Part shown: positions 16,461-23,659 of the stretch, one piece after another
Layout: each line of letters starts with the position of its first letter
Position numbering within the stretch: position 1 is the stretch's first letter
Assembly (NCBI GenBank): GCA_963704755.1
Contig: OY969938.1
Coordinates: 1,050,001-1,082,000 of the forward strand
From: an uncultured Chloroflexia bacterium
Lineage (GTDB): Bacteria > Chloroflexota > Anaerolineae > Anaerolineales > Anaerolineaceae
Direction of reading: 5' to 3'
DNA: 32,000 bases
Translations under genes and position numbers: made by a program
Notes under the pieces: generated by a model
The model's database searches: none
What the model was told of the DNA's origin: nothing
What the model saw: only the letters and a program-made list of their open reading frames with translations

Positions 16461-17035
16461 CCATGGTAAATTATTCGGAAGATCCCAAAGCATGCCAGAT
16501 CGCTTCTTTGCCCCGTGTTTCAAGGGGGTTTGCAAAAGTGCCGCCCGAATCGATTCTAAGGCGGCTGCGCTTGTTCGTCCGGCGGAGCCTGAACGTTCGC
16601 CAGGTCAAAATTATTCGCAAAAAAATAACCCCGCTGATTACATGGTTCCAAACCGCACTCCATTTGAACCAAAAGGCCCTCGACATGGCCACAAGGGCGA
16701 AGGTGATACCCAAGTTTGCCGAAAGTGATTGGGTACGGGTCCGCTCCAAAGAGGAGATAGAAGCGACCTTGAACGTTTGGAGACAGCTAAAGGGTTGTAT
16801 GTTCATGCCGGAAATGCTGCCCTACTGCGGTACAACCCAACGTGTCTTTCGCCGGCTGGAACGATTCGTCGATGAACGCGATTATCATGTCAAAGAGTTG
16901 CACGGCATTGTTTTGCTGGAAGGGCTACACTGTCAGGGCACTTCAGACTACGGCCGCTGTGACCGTTCTTGTTTCTATTTCTGGCGAGAAGAATGGCTGG
17001 AAAAAATCGACGAGAAACCAATTGAACAGCAATGA
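16457..17035 (+). CDS. Hypothetical protein, basic N-terminus plus Cys-rich C-terminal domain
   Basis: 192 aa. ATGA start/stop overlap with the DegT-like gene and a GAGAGGG RBS. C-terminal WVRVRSKEEIEATLN...LKGCMFMPEMLPYCG...LLEGLHCQGTSDYGRCDRSCFYFWREEWL carries 6 Cys. I recognise no family. Confidence 0.65.
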   Translation: MTMVNYSEDPKACQIASLPRVSRGFAKVPPESILRRLRLFVRRSLNVRQVKIIRKKITPLITWFQTALHLNQKALDMATRAKVIPKFAESDWVRVRSKEEIEATLNVWRQLKGCMFMPEMLPYCGTTQRVFRRLERFVDERDYHVKELHGIVLLEGLHCQGTSDYGRCDRSCFYFWREEWLEKIDEKPIEQQ

Positions 17036-17081
17036 TAAGAGGATTAAAAGCAACCACATACTTTAACTGAAGGGGATTGTG

Positions 17082-18077
17082 ATGAATATCGAAATTTTCT
17101 CAGAATGGTTGAGGAGACAAGGACATGATGTAATCCAAACCGAAAGCTCCTATTGGTTCAACGCTGGACCAAGAGTTTACCAGGCTTTCCCCTACGGCTG
17201 GATCATTCAGCCGTCGGAAACAGAACTCCACCAATTGATGCTGAAGCACAATATCATGGCGTTGAGATATTCCACACCATTGGATAGTGGAGAGGGCATC
17301 GCCAGTTATCATGTCGTATTGCAAAAACCCTATGACCTGGATTGCATTGGGCGTAAGTCTCGAAACAATATCAAGCAGGGTTTGTGCGCCTGCCAGATTG
17401 AAAGAATTTCTTTTCGACGCCTGGCGGAAGAAGGCTGGAAACTTCAAGACTCCACCATCGAAAGACAGAATCGAATTGACTGTATGGCCCAATCCGAGTG
17501 GGAGAAAATCTGTCTCTCCGCCGAAGATCTACCCGGCTTTACTGCCTGGGGGGCGAGTGTGGACGGGAAGCTGGTGGCCTCGATCCTCACGGCTCGCATC
17601 GGTGACACCTGGTATGTACCTTATGCCCAATGTTTGAAGGAATTCATGTGCAAGCGGGTCAACCACGCCTTGTTTTTCACGGCCTCCTGCAGCATGTTAG
17701 CAGAAGAGGGCATCAAGGAAATCTTTTTCTCGCTGCACTCTCTGGATGCGCCTGCCACCGTAAACGAATTCAAGTTTCGAATGGGCCATACTGCCCGGCC
17801 AGTTCGCCAGCGCGTTGTCCTCCATCCCATGCTAAAACCTTTTGTCAATCCTACAAGCTATAAACTGGTCGATTACTTAAGCCAGCGTAATCCATGCAAC
17901 AACCTGTACTCGAAAACAGAAGGCATGCTGCGGTTTTACCTCCAAGGGAAGGAGTCGCTTCGCGACCAGGAATGGCCCGATTGCCTGAAAGAATATAAAC
18001 AGACCTATTTGAATTCACAAGAGCCCATTACCCTTGAACCAAACGAAAATGCCAGGGTTCTTTCTAACGCGGATTGA
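17082..18077 (+). CDS. FemAB/GNAT-like acyltransferase (Acetyltransf_6 / CelD-type), tentative
   Basis: GAAGGGGA RBS before ATG 17082 (GTG 17079 is also possible). The pattern RKSRNNIKQG ... AWGASVDGKLVASILTARIGDTWYVPYAQC ... KRVNHALFFTASCSMLAEEGIKEIFFSL resembles FemX/CelD-like GNAT proteins found in EPS loci. Confidence 0.55.
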   Translation: MNIEIFSEWLRRQGHDVIQTESSYWFNAGPRVYQAFPYGWIIQPSETELHQLMLKHNIMALRYSTPLDSGEGIASYHVVLQKPYDLDCIGRKSRNNIKQGLCACQIERISFRRLAEEGWKLQDSTIERQNRIDCMAQSEWEKICLSAEDLPGFTAWGASVDGKLVASILTARIGDTWYVPYAQCLKEFMCKRVNHALFFTASCSMLAEEGIKEIFFSLHSLDAPATVNEFKFRMGHTARPVRQRVVLHPMLKPFVNPTSYKLVDYLSQRNPCNNLYSKTEGMLRFYLQGKESLRDQEWPDCLKEYKQTYLNSQEPITLEPNENARVLSNAD

Positions 18078-18089
18078 CAGGTAAATCCT

Positions 18090-18986
18090 ATGATCATAAA
18101 TTCGATTTTGGATGTAATTGGGAACGCACCTATGGTCCGGCTGAAACATATGTCCTCTGGAAATGTTTTTGCCAAAGCGGAGTTCCTCAACCCGGGTGGA
18201 AGTATCAAAGACCGGGTGGCAAAATACATAATCCAGACGGCGATGCAAACCGGAACGCTGAAATCTGGCATGACCATCATCGAAGCGACTTCCGGAAATA
18301 CGGGTATCGGCCTGTGCCTGGTGGGGGTTCAATGTGGTTTTAAGGTCATTTGTGTGATGCCCGACAATGTCAGCGGCGAACGGAAGCGGATCATTCAGGC
18401 CCTGGGCGGTGAAGCGGTATTGATCCCCGCGAAAGAAAACCTGGCCGGCTGTTTGAAATATATCCGTGACCAGGCCGCCACAGATCCGGATAAATATTTC
18501 CTGGTCAATCAATTCGACAATTTCGATAATCCGGAGACCCATTACCTCCAAACCGGCCCGGAAATCTGGAAGGACGTCGATGGCGAAGTGGATATGTTTA
18601 TCGCCGGCATCGGCAGCGGAGGAACCTTGCAAGGGGTAGGAAAGTACCTGAAAGAGAAGAATCCCCAAGTCAAAATTGTCGCGGTCGAACCCCGCCGGGC
18701 CACCTCGCTGCTGGGTCGAGAGCCAGGATTGCATCAAATCCAGGGCATCGGAGACGGGTTTATTCCCGGTGTATTGGATGTCGAGTTGATCGATATGGTT
18801 TTCTCGATTTCCGACGAAGAAGCCATTGCAACCACGCGGCGATTGGCCTGCGAGGAAGGTCTGCTGGTCGGCACGTCCTCTGGCGCAAACGTTTTTACCG
18901 CGCTGCAAATGGACAATAGCCGCAACCGGATTGTGACCGTCTTGCCGGACCGGGCCGAAAGATATTTCAGCACAGCCTTGTTGTGA
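18090..18986 (+). CDS. cysK: Cysteine synthase / O-acetylserine sulfhydrylase family PLP enzyme (CysK/CysM-like)
   Basis: LNPGGSIKDR (PLP lysine), ATSGNTGIGL (Asn loop), GIGSGGT (Gly loop) and GTSSGAN. 298 aa. The symbol denotes the family only; a CysM-type or other paralogous function is not excluded. Confidence 0.9.
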   Translation: MIINSILDVIGNAPMVRLKHMSSGNVFAKAEFLNPGGSIKDRVAKYIIQTAMQTGTLKSGMTIIEATSGNTGIGLCLVGVQCGFKVICVMPDNVSGERKRIIQALGGEAVLIPAKENLAGCLKYIRDQAATDPDKYFLVNQFDNFDNPETHYLQTGPEIWKDVDGEVDMFIAGIGSGGTLQGVGKYLKEKNPQVKIVAVEPRRATSLLGREPGLHQIQGIGDGFIPGVLDVELIDMVFSISDEEAIATTRRLACEEGLLVGTSSGANVFTALQMDNSRNRIVTVLPDRAERYFSTALL

Positions 18987-18990
18987 TATT

Positions 18991-19051
18991 GCGGATGTCC
19001 TAAACACAAAGAGAGCGGATAATCCGCTCTCTTTGTGTTTAGGACATCCGC
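18991..19051. repeat. 61-nt perfect palindrome (30-nt arms, single central A) immediately after the cysK-like stop
   Basis: GCGGATGTCCTAAACACAAAGAGAGCGGAT A ATCCGCTCTCTTTGTGTTTAGGACATCCGC, checked base by base. It starts 5 nt after TGA 18984-18986. There is no U-tract after it. Confidence 0.85.
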
Positions 19052-19108
19052 CAGCGATGTACCTCAACGATGGACGAATCCTGAGAGTGTCGAAAAACGC
19101 CTTCATAT

Positions 19109-19239
19109 AAAAATTTTGTAACTACTCAGCCACCGCAGAAGAAATAGGGCGTTTTTATTGTTTTTTGCGTGCTTCGCATGCAAAAAACAATAAAAACGCT
19201 TTCCCCTTCTGAACCCGCCTGAGTAGTTACAAAATTTTT
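19109..19239. repeat. Nested palindromic element: 21-bp outer inverted repeat enclosing a family-2 palindrome (19149-19199)
   Basis: Outer arms AAAAATTTTGTAACTACTCAG (19109-19129) and CTGAGTAGTTACAAAATTTTT (19219-19239). Inner GCGTTTTTATTGTTTTTTGCGTGC TTC GCATGCAAAAAACAATAAAAACGC has one G-T wobble that is valid in the plus-strand RNA. Confidence 0.8.
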
Positions 19240-19240
19240 T

Positions 19241-19285
19241 GGATATATGTGGCGGGGCGGCTTCGCCGCCCCGCCACATATATCC
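19241..19285. repeat. Palindromic element, family 1, copy B
   Basis: Perfect 21+3+21 palindrome GGATATATGTGGCGGGGCGGC TTC GCCGCCCCGCCACATATATCC. It shares the ATATGTGG...CGGC-TTC-GCCG...CCACATAT framework with 4197-4235. Confidence 0.8.
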
Positions 19286-19334
19286 AAATCTTGAGGATGA
19301 AAAGTGACTTTTTCAACGCCCTCAATCCTACCAC

Positions 19335-19364
19335 TTGACTCCTGCCGGGCGGATCCGGTATAAT
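19335..19364 (+). promoter_or_regulatory. Candidate sigma70-type promoter for the 2-hydroxyacid dehydrogenase gene
   Basis: TTGACT (19335-19340), an 18-nt spacer, then TATAAT (19359-19364). This implies a leader of about 175 nt before ATG 19547. Confidence 0.45.
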
Positions 19365-19546
19365 TGTTGTACACTATAAATATACATACGTAAATTATAG
19401 GCATACAGATTCTGTCCAATCCCCAACAAATGCGTTCAACCTAATAAGTGATCCCCCTGGCAATTGTCCGGAACGCTGCCAGGTTTTTTCTCGCCGATTT
19501 TTTTTACCCAGTAGACACCCCTAATCTCCACTTTTAAAAGGTAAAA

Positions 19547-20572
19547 ATGACCAAACACCCAACCCTCTTTATTACCCAACGCGGGCAATACCACCAACAG
19601 GCTGCCCTGGATGCAGCCCCGGCCGACCTGGACGTGACCATGATGCGGGCGCCTTCCAAGGAGGAAATAATTTCCCTCCTGCCCGGTAAAGAATTTTTGA
19701 TCACCGAACGGGCCGGCGTCATCGACGCAGACATCATTCGCGCCGGCAAGGATCTGCGCCTGATCCAACGCTTAGGCTCGCAAACCCACGACATCGACCT
19801 GGACGCGGCCCAGGCAGCGGGCATTCCGGTCTGCTATCTGCCAATCCAGACCTGCATCATGGTTGCCGAGCACCTGCTCATGCAAATGCTGGGCCTGGCC
19901 AAACGATCCCCAGAGATGATGCGCATCGTGATGAGCGCCGAAAATTTCGGTCACGAGCCCACCCGCTGTAATGAAGATACATTTGCCTATAACTGGTCCG
20001 GCCGGGAAGATATCCGTGGTTTGTGGAAGTCAACGGTGGGAATCCTGGGGATGGGTGAAATTGGTTTTGAATTGGCCCGCCGCCTGCGCAACTTTGGCTG
20101 CAAGGTTATTTACAACAAACGCAACCGCCTGCCTGCTCACGCCGAACGCGAGCTGAATGTAAGCTATGCCACCCGCGAAGAACTGCTGGCCGCCAGCGAT
20201 TTCGTCTGCATCCTCTTGCCTCTGCTCAAAGAGACCGAGCAAAGCCTGGACGAAAAATTCTTTGCCAGCCTGAAACCCGGCGCAATTTTTGTCAGTTCCG
20301 GTGGCAGCGGCGTCATCGACGAAAACGCCCTGGCCGGAGCTATTTCTTCCGGCAAGTTGTATGGCGTCGCGGTGGACAATTTCACCTATGAACCGATCCG
20401 CCCGGATTGCCCTCTGCTTGCTCCAGCCGCTCGCCCGGACACGAACGTGATCTTGACCCCCCACACCGCCGCGGGCACCGTGCCGGTGGTGGACAAAGAC
20501 CTGCGTATCGATGATTACCAGAACCTGACCAGGCTCCTCAACAACGAAGAGCTTGAATTTCGTTTGGTATAA
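19547..20572 (+). CDS. D-isomer-specific 2-hydroxyacid dehydrogenase (phosphoglycerate/glyoxylate reductase-like), NAD(P)-binding
   Basis: 341 aa. Rossmann motif GILGMGEIGFELARRL, then the catalytic-region pattern ending in LTPHTAAGT. Confidence 0.88.
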   Translation: MTKHPTLFITQRGQYHQQAALDAAPADLDVTMMRAPSKEEIISLLPGKEFLITERAGVIDADIIRAGKDLRLIQRLGSQTHDIDLDAAQAAGIPVCYLPIQTCIMVAEHLLMQMLGLAKRSPEMMRIVMSAENFGHEPTRCNEDTFAYNWSGREDIRGLWKSTVGILGMGEIGFELARRLRNFGCKVIYNKRNRLPAHAERELNVSYATREELLAASDFVCILLPLLKETEQSLDEKFFASLKPGAIFVSSGGSGVIDENALAGAISSGKLYGVAVDNFTYEPIRPDCPLLAPAARPDTNVILTPHTAAGTVPVVDKDLRIDDYQNLTRLLNNEELEFRLV

Positions 20573-20579
20573 GACCCTT

Positions 20580-20623
20580 AAAAAGGATCCGGCCGGAGCG
20601 AATGATCCGGCCGGATCCTTTTT
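20580..20623. terminator. Bidirectional intrinsic terminator
   Basis: AAAAAGGATCCGGCCGGA (20580-20597), loop GCGAATGA, TCCGGCCGGATCCTTTTT (20606-20623). This is an 18-bp stem with an A-run 5' and a T-run 3'. It starts 8 nt after the dehydrogenase stop, in a convergent intergenic region. Confidence 0.75.
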
Positions 20624-20689
20624 AAAATCCCGCATTCGAGCCCAAGTAGTTAAAAGTAATTGTAACCGCTCAGGTTTGTTCATAAAGTC

Positions 20690-20746
20690 GGGGTGTTTTT
20701 ATTGTTTTTCGCGTGCTTCGCACGCGAAAAACAATAAAAACACCCC
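20690..20746. repeat. Palindromic element, family 2, copy B
   Basis: Perfect 27+3+27 palindrome GGGGTGTTTTTATTGTTTTTCGCGTGC TTC GCACGCGAAAAACAATAAAAACACCCC. It shares GTTTTTATTGTTTTT..GCGTGC-TTC-GCAYGC..AAAAACAATAAAAAC with 19149-19199. Confidence 0.85.
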
Positions 20747-20780
20747 ATTTATTTCTGATAGATGAGTAGATATATGCAAT

Positions 20781-20826
20781 TTATAGTTTTCAAAGCCGGC
20801 CTATAGGCCGGCTTTGAAAACTATAA
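20781..20826. repeat. 46-nt perfect palindrome
   Basis: TTATAGTTTTCAAAGCCGGCC TATA GGCCGGCTTTGAAAACTATAA. The arms are 20781-20801 and 20806-20826. Confidence 0.8.
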
Positions 20827-20972
20827 AACCAAATATATATGGATTGAGGCTGTCCCAAAGTTGTTTTAAGACAGCCTCATGTGGAGGCGCAAGCCTCTGT
20901 TTAAGGAGGAGTGAGATATTCTAATTCAACCAGGGTTTCTGCTCTCGCAGTAAATCCCAGGCACACAAGTTC

Positions 20973-22595
20973 TCAGGTCAGGAAAGTGATTTCCTCAGCC
21001 GGGCCAACCGGTGCATTTTCCGGTTTACCGCCGGCCATCAAGAAGCCGATCCGGTTCAGGTTCGTCTCGGCAGCCGGCCGCGTCTCGCTGATCTGGCCTT
21101 CGTAGATGACGCTGATCACATCGCTTAGGGCCATAATCTCGTCCAGTTCGGAAGAGATGATTAGCACCGCGCAGCCGCGGTCGCGCGCTTCGACGATCTG
21201 CTTGTGGATAAACGAGGCCGCCCCAACATCCAACCCACGGGTCGGCTGCATAGCCACCAGCACGGTTGGGTCGCACCACAGCGAGCGGGCCAGAATGACT
21301 TTCTGCTGGTTTCCGCCGGAAAGCTTTTTCGTTTCCATCGTGGGGTCCGGCGCGCGGATGTCGAATTTTTCCATCAGCGCTTCGGCATGTTCGTTCATCA
21401 CCTTGAACTGGCGCATCCCTTTTTTGGCATACGGCGGGCGCTCATAATTCTCCAGCAGCAGGTTATCGGTGATGCTCATTCCCAGCACCAGGCCTTCAGT
21501 CTGCCGGTTTTCCGGGATCAGCTCGATCCCGGCCATGATCCGTTTAGCCGTTTCCAACTTGGATATGTCTTCATCGCGGTAGATGATTTTTCCCGATTCC
21601 AGCCCGTGCAGGCCCATCATCGTCTGGACAAGCATTTGCTGGCCGTTGCCATCCACGCCTGCCAGGCCATGAATTTCACCGGCCTTGAGGCCCAGGTTGA
21701 GCCCGTTTAATTTCAAAGTGCCCAGTTCATCTCTGGCAGATGCGTCGCGCAATTCCAGGGTAATTGCCCCACTCTTGCACGGGTTTTTAGCGACGGTCAA
21801 GTCAACGGCCTGGCCAACCATCAATTCGGCCAGTTCGAAAGTGGTGGTATTACAGGTGTTCACCGTCTGGATGACCTTACCGCGGCGCATAACCGTAACC
21901 CGGTCGCTGATATGCAGCACTTCCTTCAGCTTGTGGCTGATGAAGATAATGGTCACCCCATCTTCGCGCAGCTTTTGAATCAGCTTGAACAGCTCTTCGG
22001 TTTCCTGGGGGATCAGCACTGCGGTGGGCTCGTCCAGGATGAGGATACGCGCACCGCGATACAGGGCCTTGATGATCTCCACTTTCTGCTGTTGGCCAAC
22101 GGTCAGCTCCCCGACCAGCCTCGTCAGGGGAACATTAAGGCCAAAATCATCCGCCAGAACCTTGGCTTTACTCAAGGCCTGGTCCAGGTCCAACAGGGGA
22201 TATTGTTTAGACTTCAACCCCAGGATGATGTTTTCGATCACCGAGAAGGTTGGGATGAGCATGAAATGCTGGTGCACCATTCCGATTCCCAGGGCGGTTG
22301 CATCCTGGGGAATATGAATTTGGGCCTTTTTACCGCGTACAAAAACTTCGCCTTCGTCCTTCTGGTACAGGCCATAGACGACTTTCATCAAGGTGGATTT
22401 ACCCGCCCCGTTTTCGCCTAACAGCGCGTGGACTTCGCCAGAATAGATCTCCAAATCGACGTGGTCGTTAGCGACGACACCCGGGAATTTCTTGGTGATC
22501 CCTTCCATCTTCAAAACGACATCCCGGCCTTCGGTCGAAAAAACCTGGTCACCGTTGATGGGTTCGGGGTTGATTTCAGTAGTCATTTCGCTCAT
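20973..22595 (-). CDS. ABC transporter ATP-binding protein with two ABC cassettes (BMP/nucleoside-sugar type, NupO/RnsA-like)
   Basis: 540 aa. First cassette: GENGAGKST, LTVGQQQKVEI, ILILDEPT. Second cassette: GVDGNGQ, LSGGNQQKVILAR. It is the last gene of the operon. Confidence 0.9.
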   Translation of the reverse strand: MSEMTTEINPEPINGDQVFSTEGRDVVLKMEGITKKFPGVVANDHVDLEIYSGEVHALLGENGAGKSTLMKVVYGLYQKDEGEVFVRGKKAQIHIPQDATALGIGMVHQHFMLIPTFSVIENIILGLKSKQYPLLDLDQALSKAKVLADDFGLNVPLTRLVGELTVGQQQKVEIIKALYRGARILILDEPTAVLIPQETEELFKLIQKLREDGVTIIFISHKLKEVLHISDRVTVMRRGKVIQTVNTCNTTTFELAELMVGQAVDLTVAKNPCKSGAITLELRDASARDELGTLKLNGLNLGLKAGEIHGLAGVDGNGQQMLVQTMMGLHGLESGKIIYRDEDISKLETAKRIMAGIELIPENRQTEGLVLGMSITDNLLLENYERPPYAKKGMRQFKVMNEHAEALMEKFDIRAPDPTMETKKLSGGNQQKVILARSLWCDPTVLVAMQPTRGLDVGAASFIHKQIVEARDRGCAVLIISSELDEIMALSDVISVIYEGQISETRPAAETNLNRIGFLMAGGKPENAPVGPAEEITFLT

Positions 22596-22600
22596 GATTT

Positions 22601-23659
22601 TTACCCTTCTTCCTGGAAAGGCGCCCCACTGGCTGACGGTGCGCGGGCGTTGCGCATCAAAGCTACCAGAGCGATCAGGGTAACCACGTAGGGCAGCATC
22701 AACAAAAGTTGGTACGGCACGTGGATTCCATAAGCCTGTAAGCGGATCTGGAGGGCATCCCCCAAACCGAACAGCAGCGTTCCCAGAAAAGCACCAACCG
22801 GGTTATAGCGGCCGAACACCACCGCGGCAAAGGCGATAAACCCACGGCCGGCCGAGAGGTTTTCCTGGAAAGCATTGATCCCCGAAGCACTGACCAGCGC
22901 GGAACCGCTTATGCCGGCGATCGCACCGCTGATCAACACCGCGATGTAGCGCACCCGGTTGACATTGATTCCAACCGTGCTGGCGGCCATGGGGTGCTCG
23001 CCGACGGAACGCAGGGTCAGCCCCCAGGATGTTTTGTAGAAGATAAACGACATGACCGGGATCAACAACAAAGCCAGGTAAACGATGATGTTGTGCGAGA
23101 AGAACGCTTTGCCCACGTAAGGCAGGTCACTTAAGATTGGGATATGGATAGCCTGAAAACCAGGGGCCGAAACGAAGGCCTGGTTGACGTAAAGCAGCCG
23201 GTAGCCCAGGGCAGTTGCGGCCATGGCAAACAGGTTAAGCGCCACAGCACTGACGATCTGGTTGCTGCGCAGGGAGATCGAGAAAACGGCGTGAATCAGG
23301 CCGACCAGCATACCGGCGATGGCTGCGGCTATCAGTCCCACCCAGGGACTGCCGCCGCGGTCCGAAGCCGCGTAAGCCACGAACGCACCGATGAGCATCA
23401 TCGATTCGAGCGCCATATTCAGCACACCCGAAAGCTCACTGACCAGGCCACCCAGGGCGGCCAGCAAAAGGGGAGTCATGGCGATCAAGGCCGCCCGAAC
23501 GAATTCGGGGGCTACCAGGATATCGAGAATACTATCCAGTGTATCACGGGTTTTTCCGCCTACCATTTGCAAGGCAAGCCCAATGATCACCAGCGCACCG
23601 ATAAAGATCAGGAGTTTACGAACACTACTGCGGGCAAAGAACTGTTTTAGTTTTACCAT
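22601..23659 (-). CDS. ABC transporter permease (BPD_transp_2 type, NupQ/RnsD-like)
   Basis: 352-aa polytopic ORF. Its start overlaps the upstream permease stop by 7 nt (ATGGTAA). Confidence 0.88.
   Translation of the reverse strand: MVKLKQFFARSSVRKLLIFIGALVIIGLALQMVGGKTRDTLDSILDILVAPEFVRAALIAMTPLLLAALGGLVSELSGVLNMALESMMLIGAFVAYAASDRGGSPWVGLIAAAIAGMLVGLIHAVFSISLRSNQIVSAVALNLFAMAATALGYRLLYVNQAFVSAPGFQAIHIPILSDLPYVGKAFFSHNIIVYLALLLIPVMSFIFYKTSWGLTLRSVGEHPMAASTVGINVNRVRYIAVLISGAIAGISGSALVSASGINAFQENLSAGRGFIAFAAVVFGRYNPVGAFLGTLLFGLGDALQIRLQAYGIHVPYQLLLMLPYVVTLIALVALMRNARAPSASGAPFQEEG

Noticed and set aside
18015-19106. 363-aa minus-strand ORF, the longest unexplained ORF in the track
   Set aside because: It lies exactly antisense to the well-supported cysteine-synthase-family gene (18090-18986). 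It reads through the 61-nt palindrome and has the R/G/H/Q-rich composition of a shadow ORF on a G+C-rich coding strand. I recognise no motifs in it.
19126-19419. 97-aa minus-strand ORF, together with 20553..20765 (+) and 1344..1544 (-)
   Set aside because: All three are made up largely of palindromic or terminator hairpin sequence. Symmetric DNA naturally yields open frames on both strands.
20030-20683. 217-aa minus-strand ORF
   Set aside because: It is antisense to the 2-hydroxyacid dehydrogenase, which has a clear Rossmann motif, and it extends through the terminator hairpin.
18991-20826. Whether the recurring palindromes constitute a CRISPR array or integron attC sites
   Set aside because: The repeats are not direct and not regularly spaced, and there are no uniform spacers or cas genes, so this is not CRISPR. 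The arms lack the RYYYAAC / GTTRRRY core pair of attC sites, and no integrase is present.
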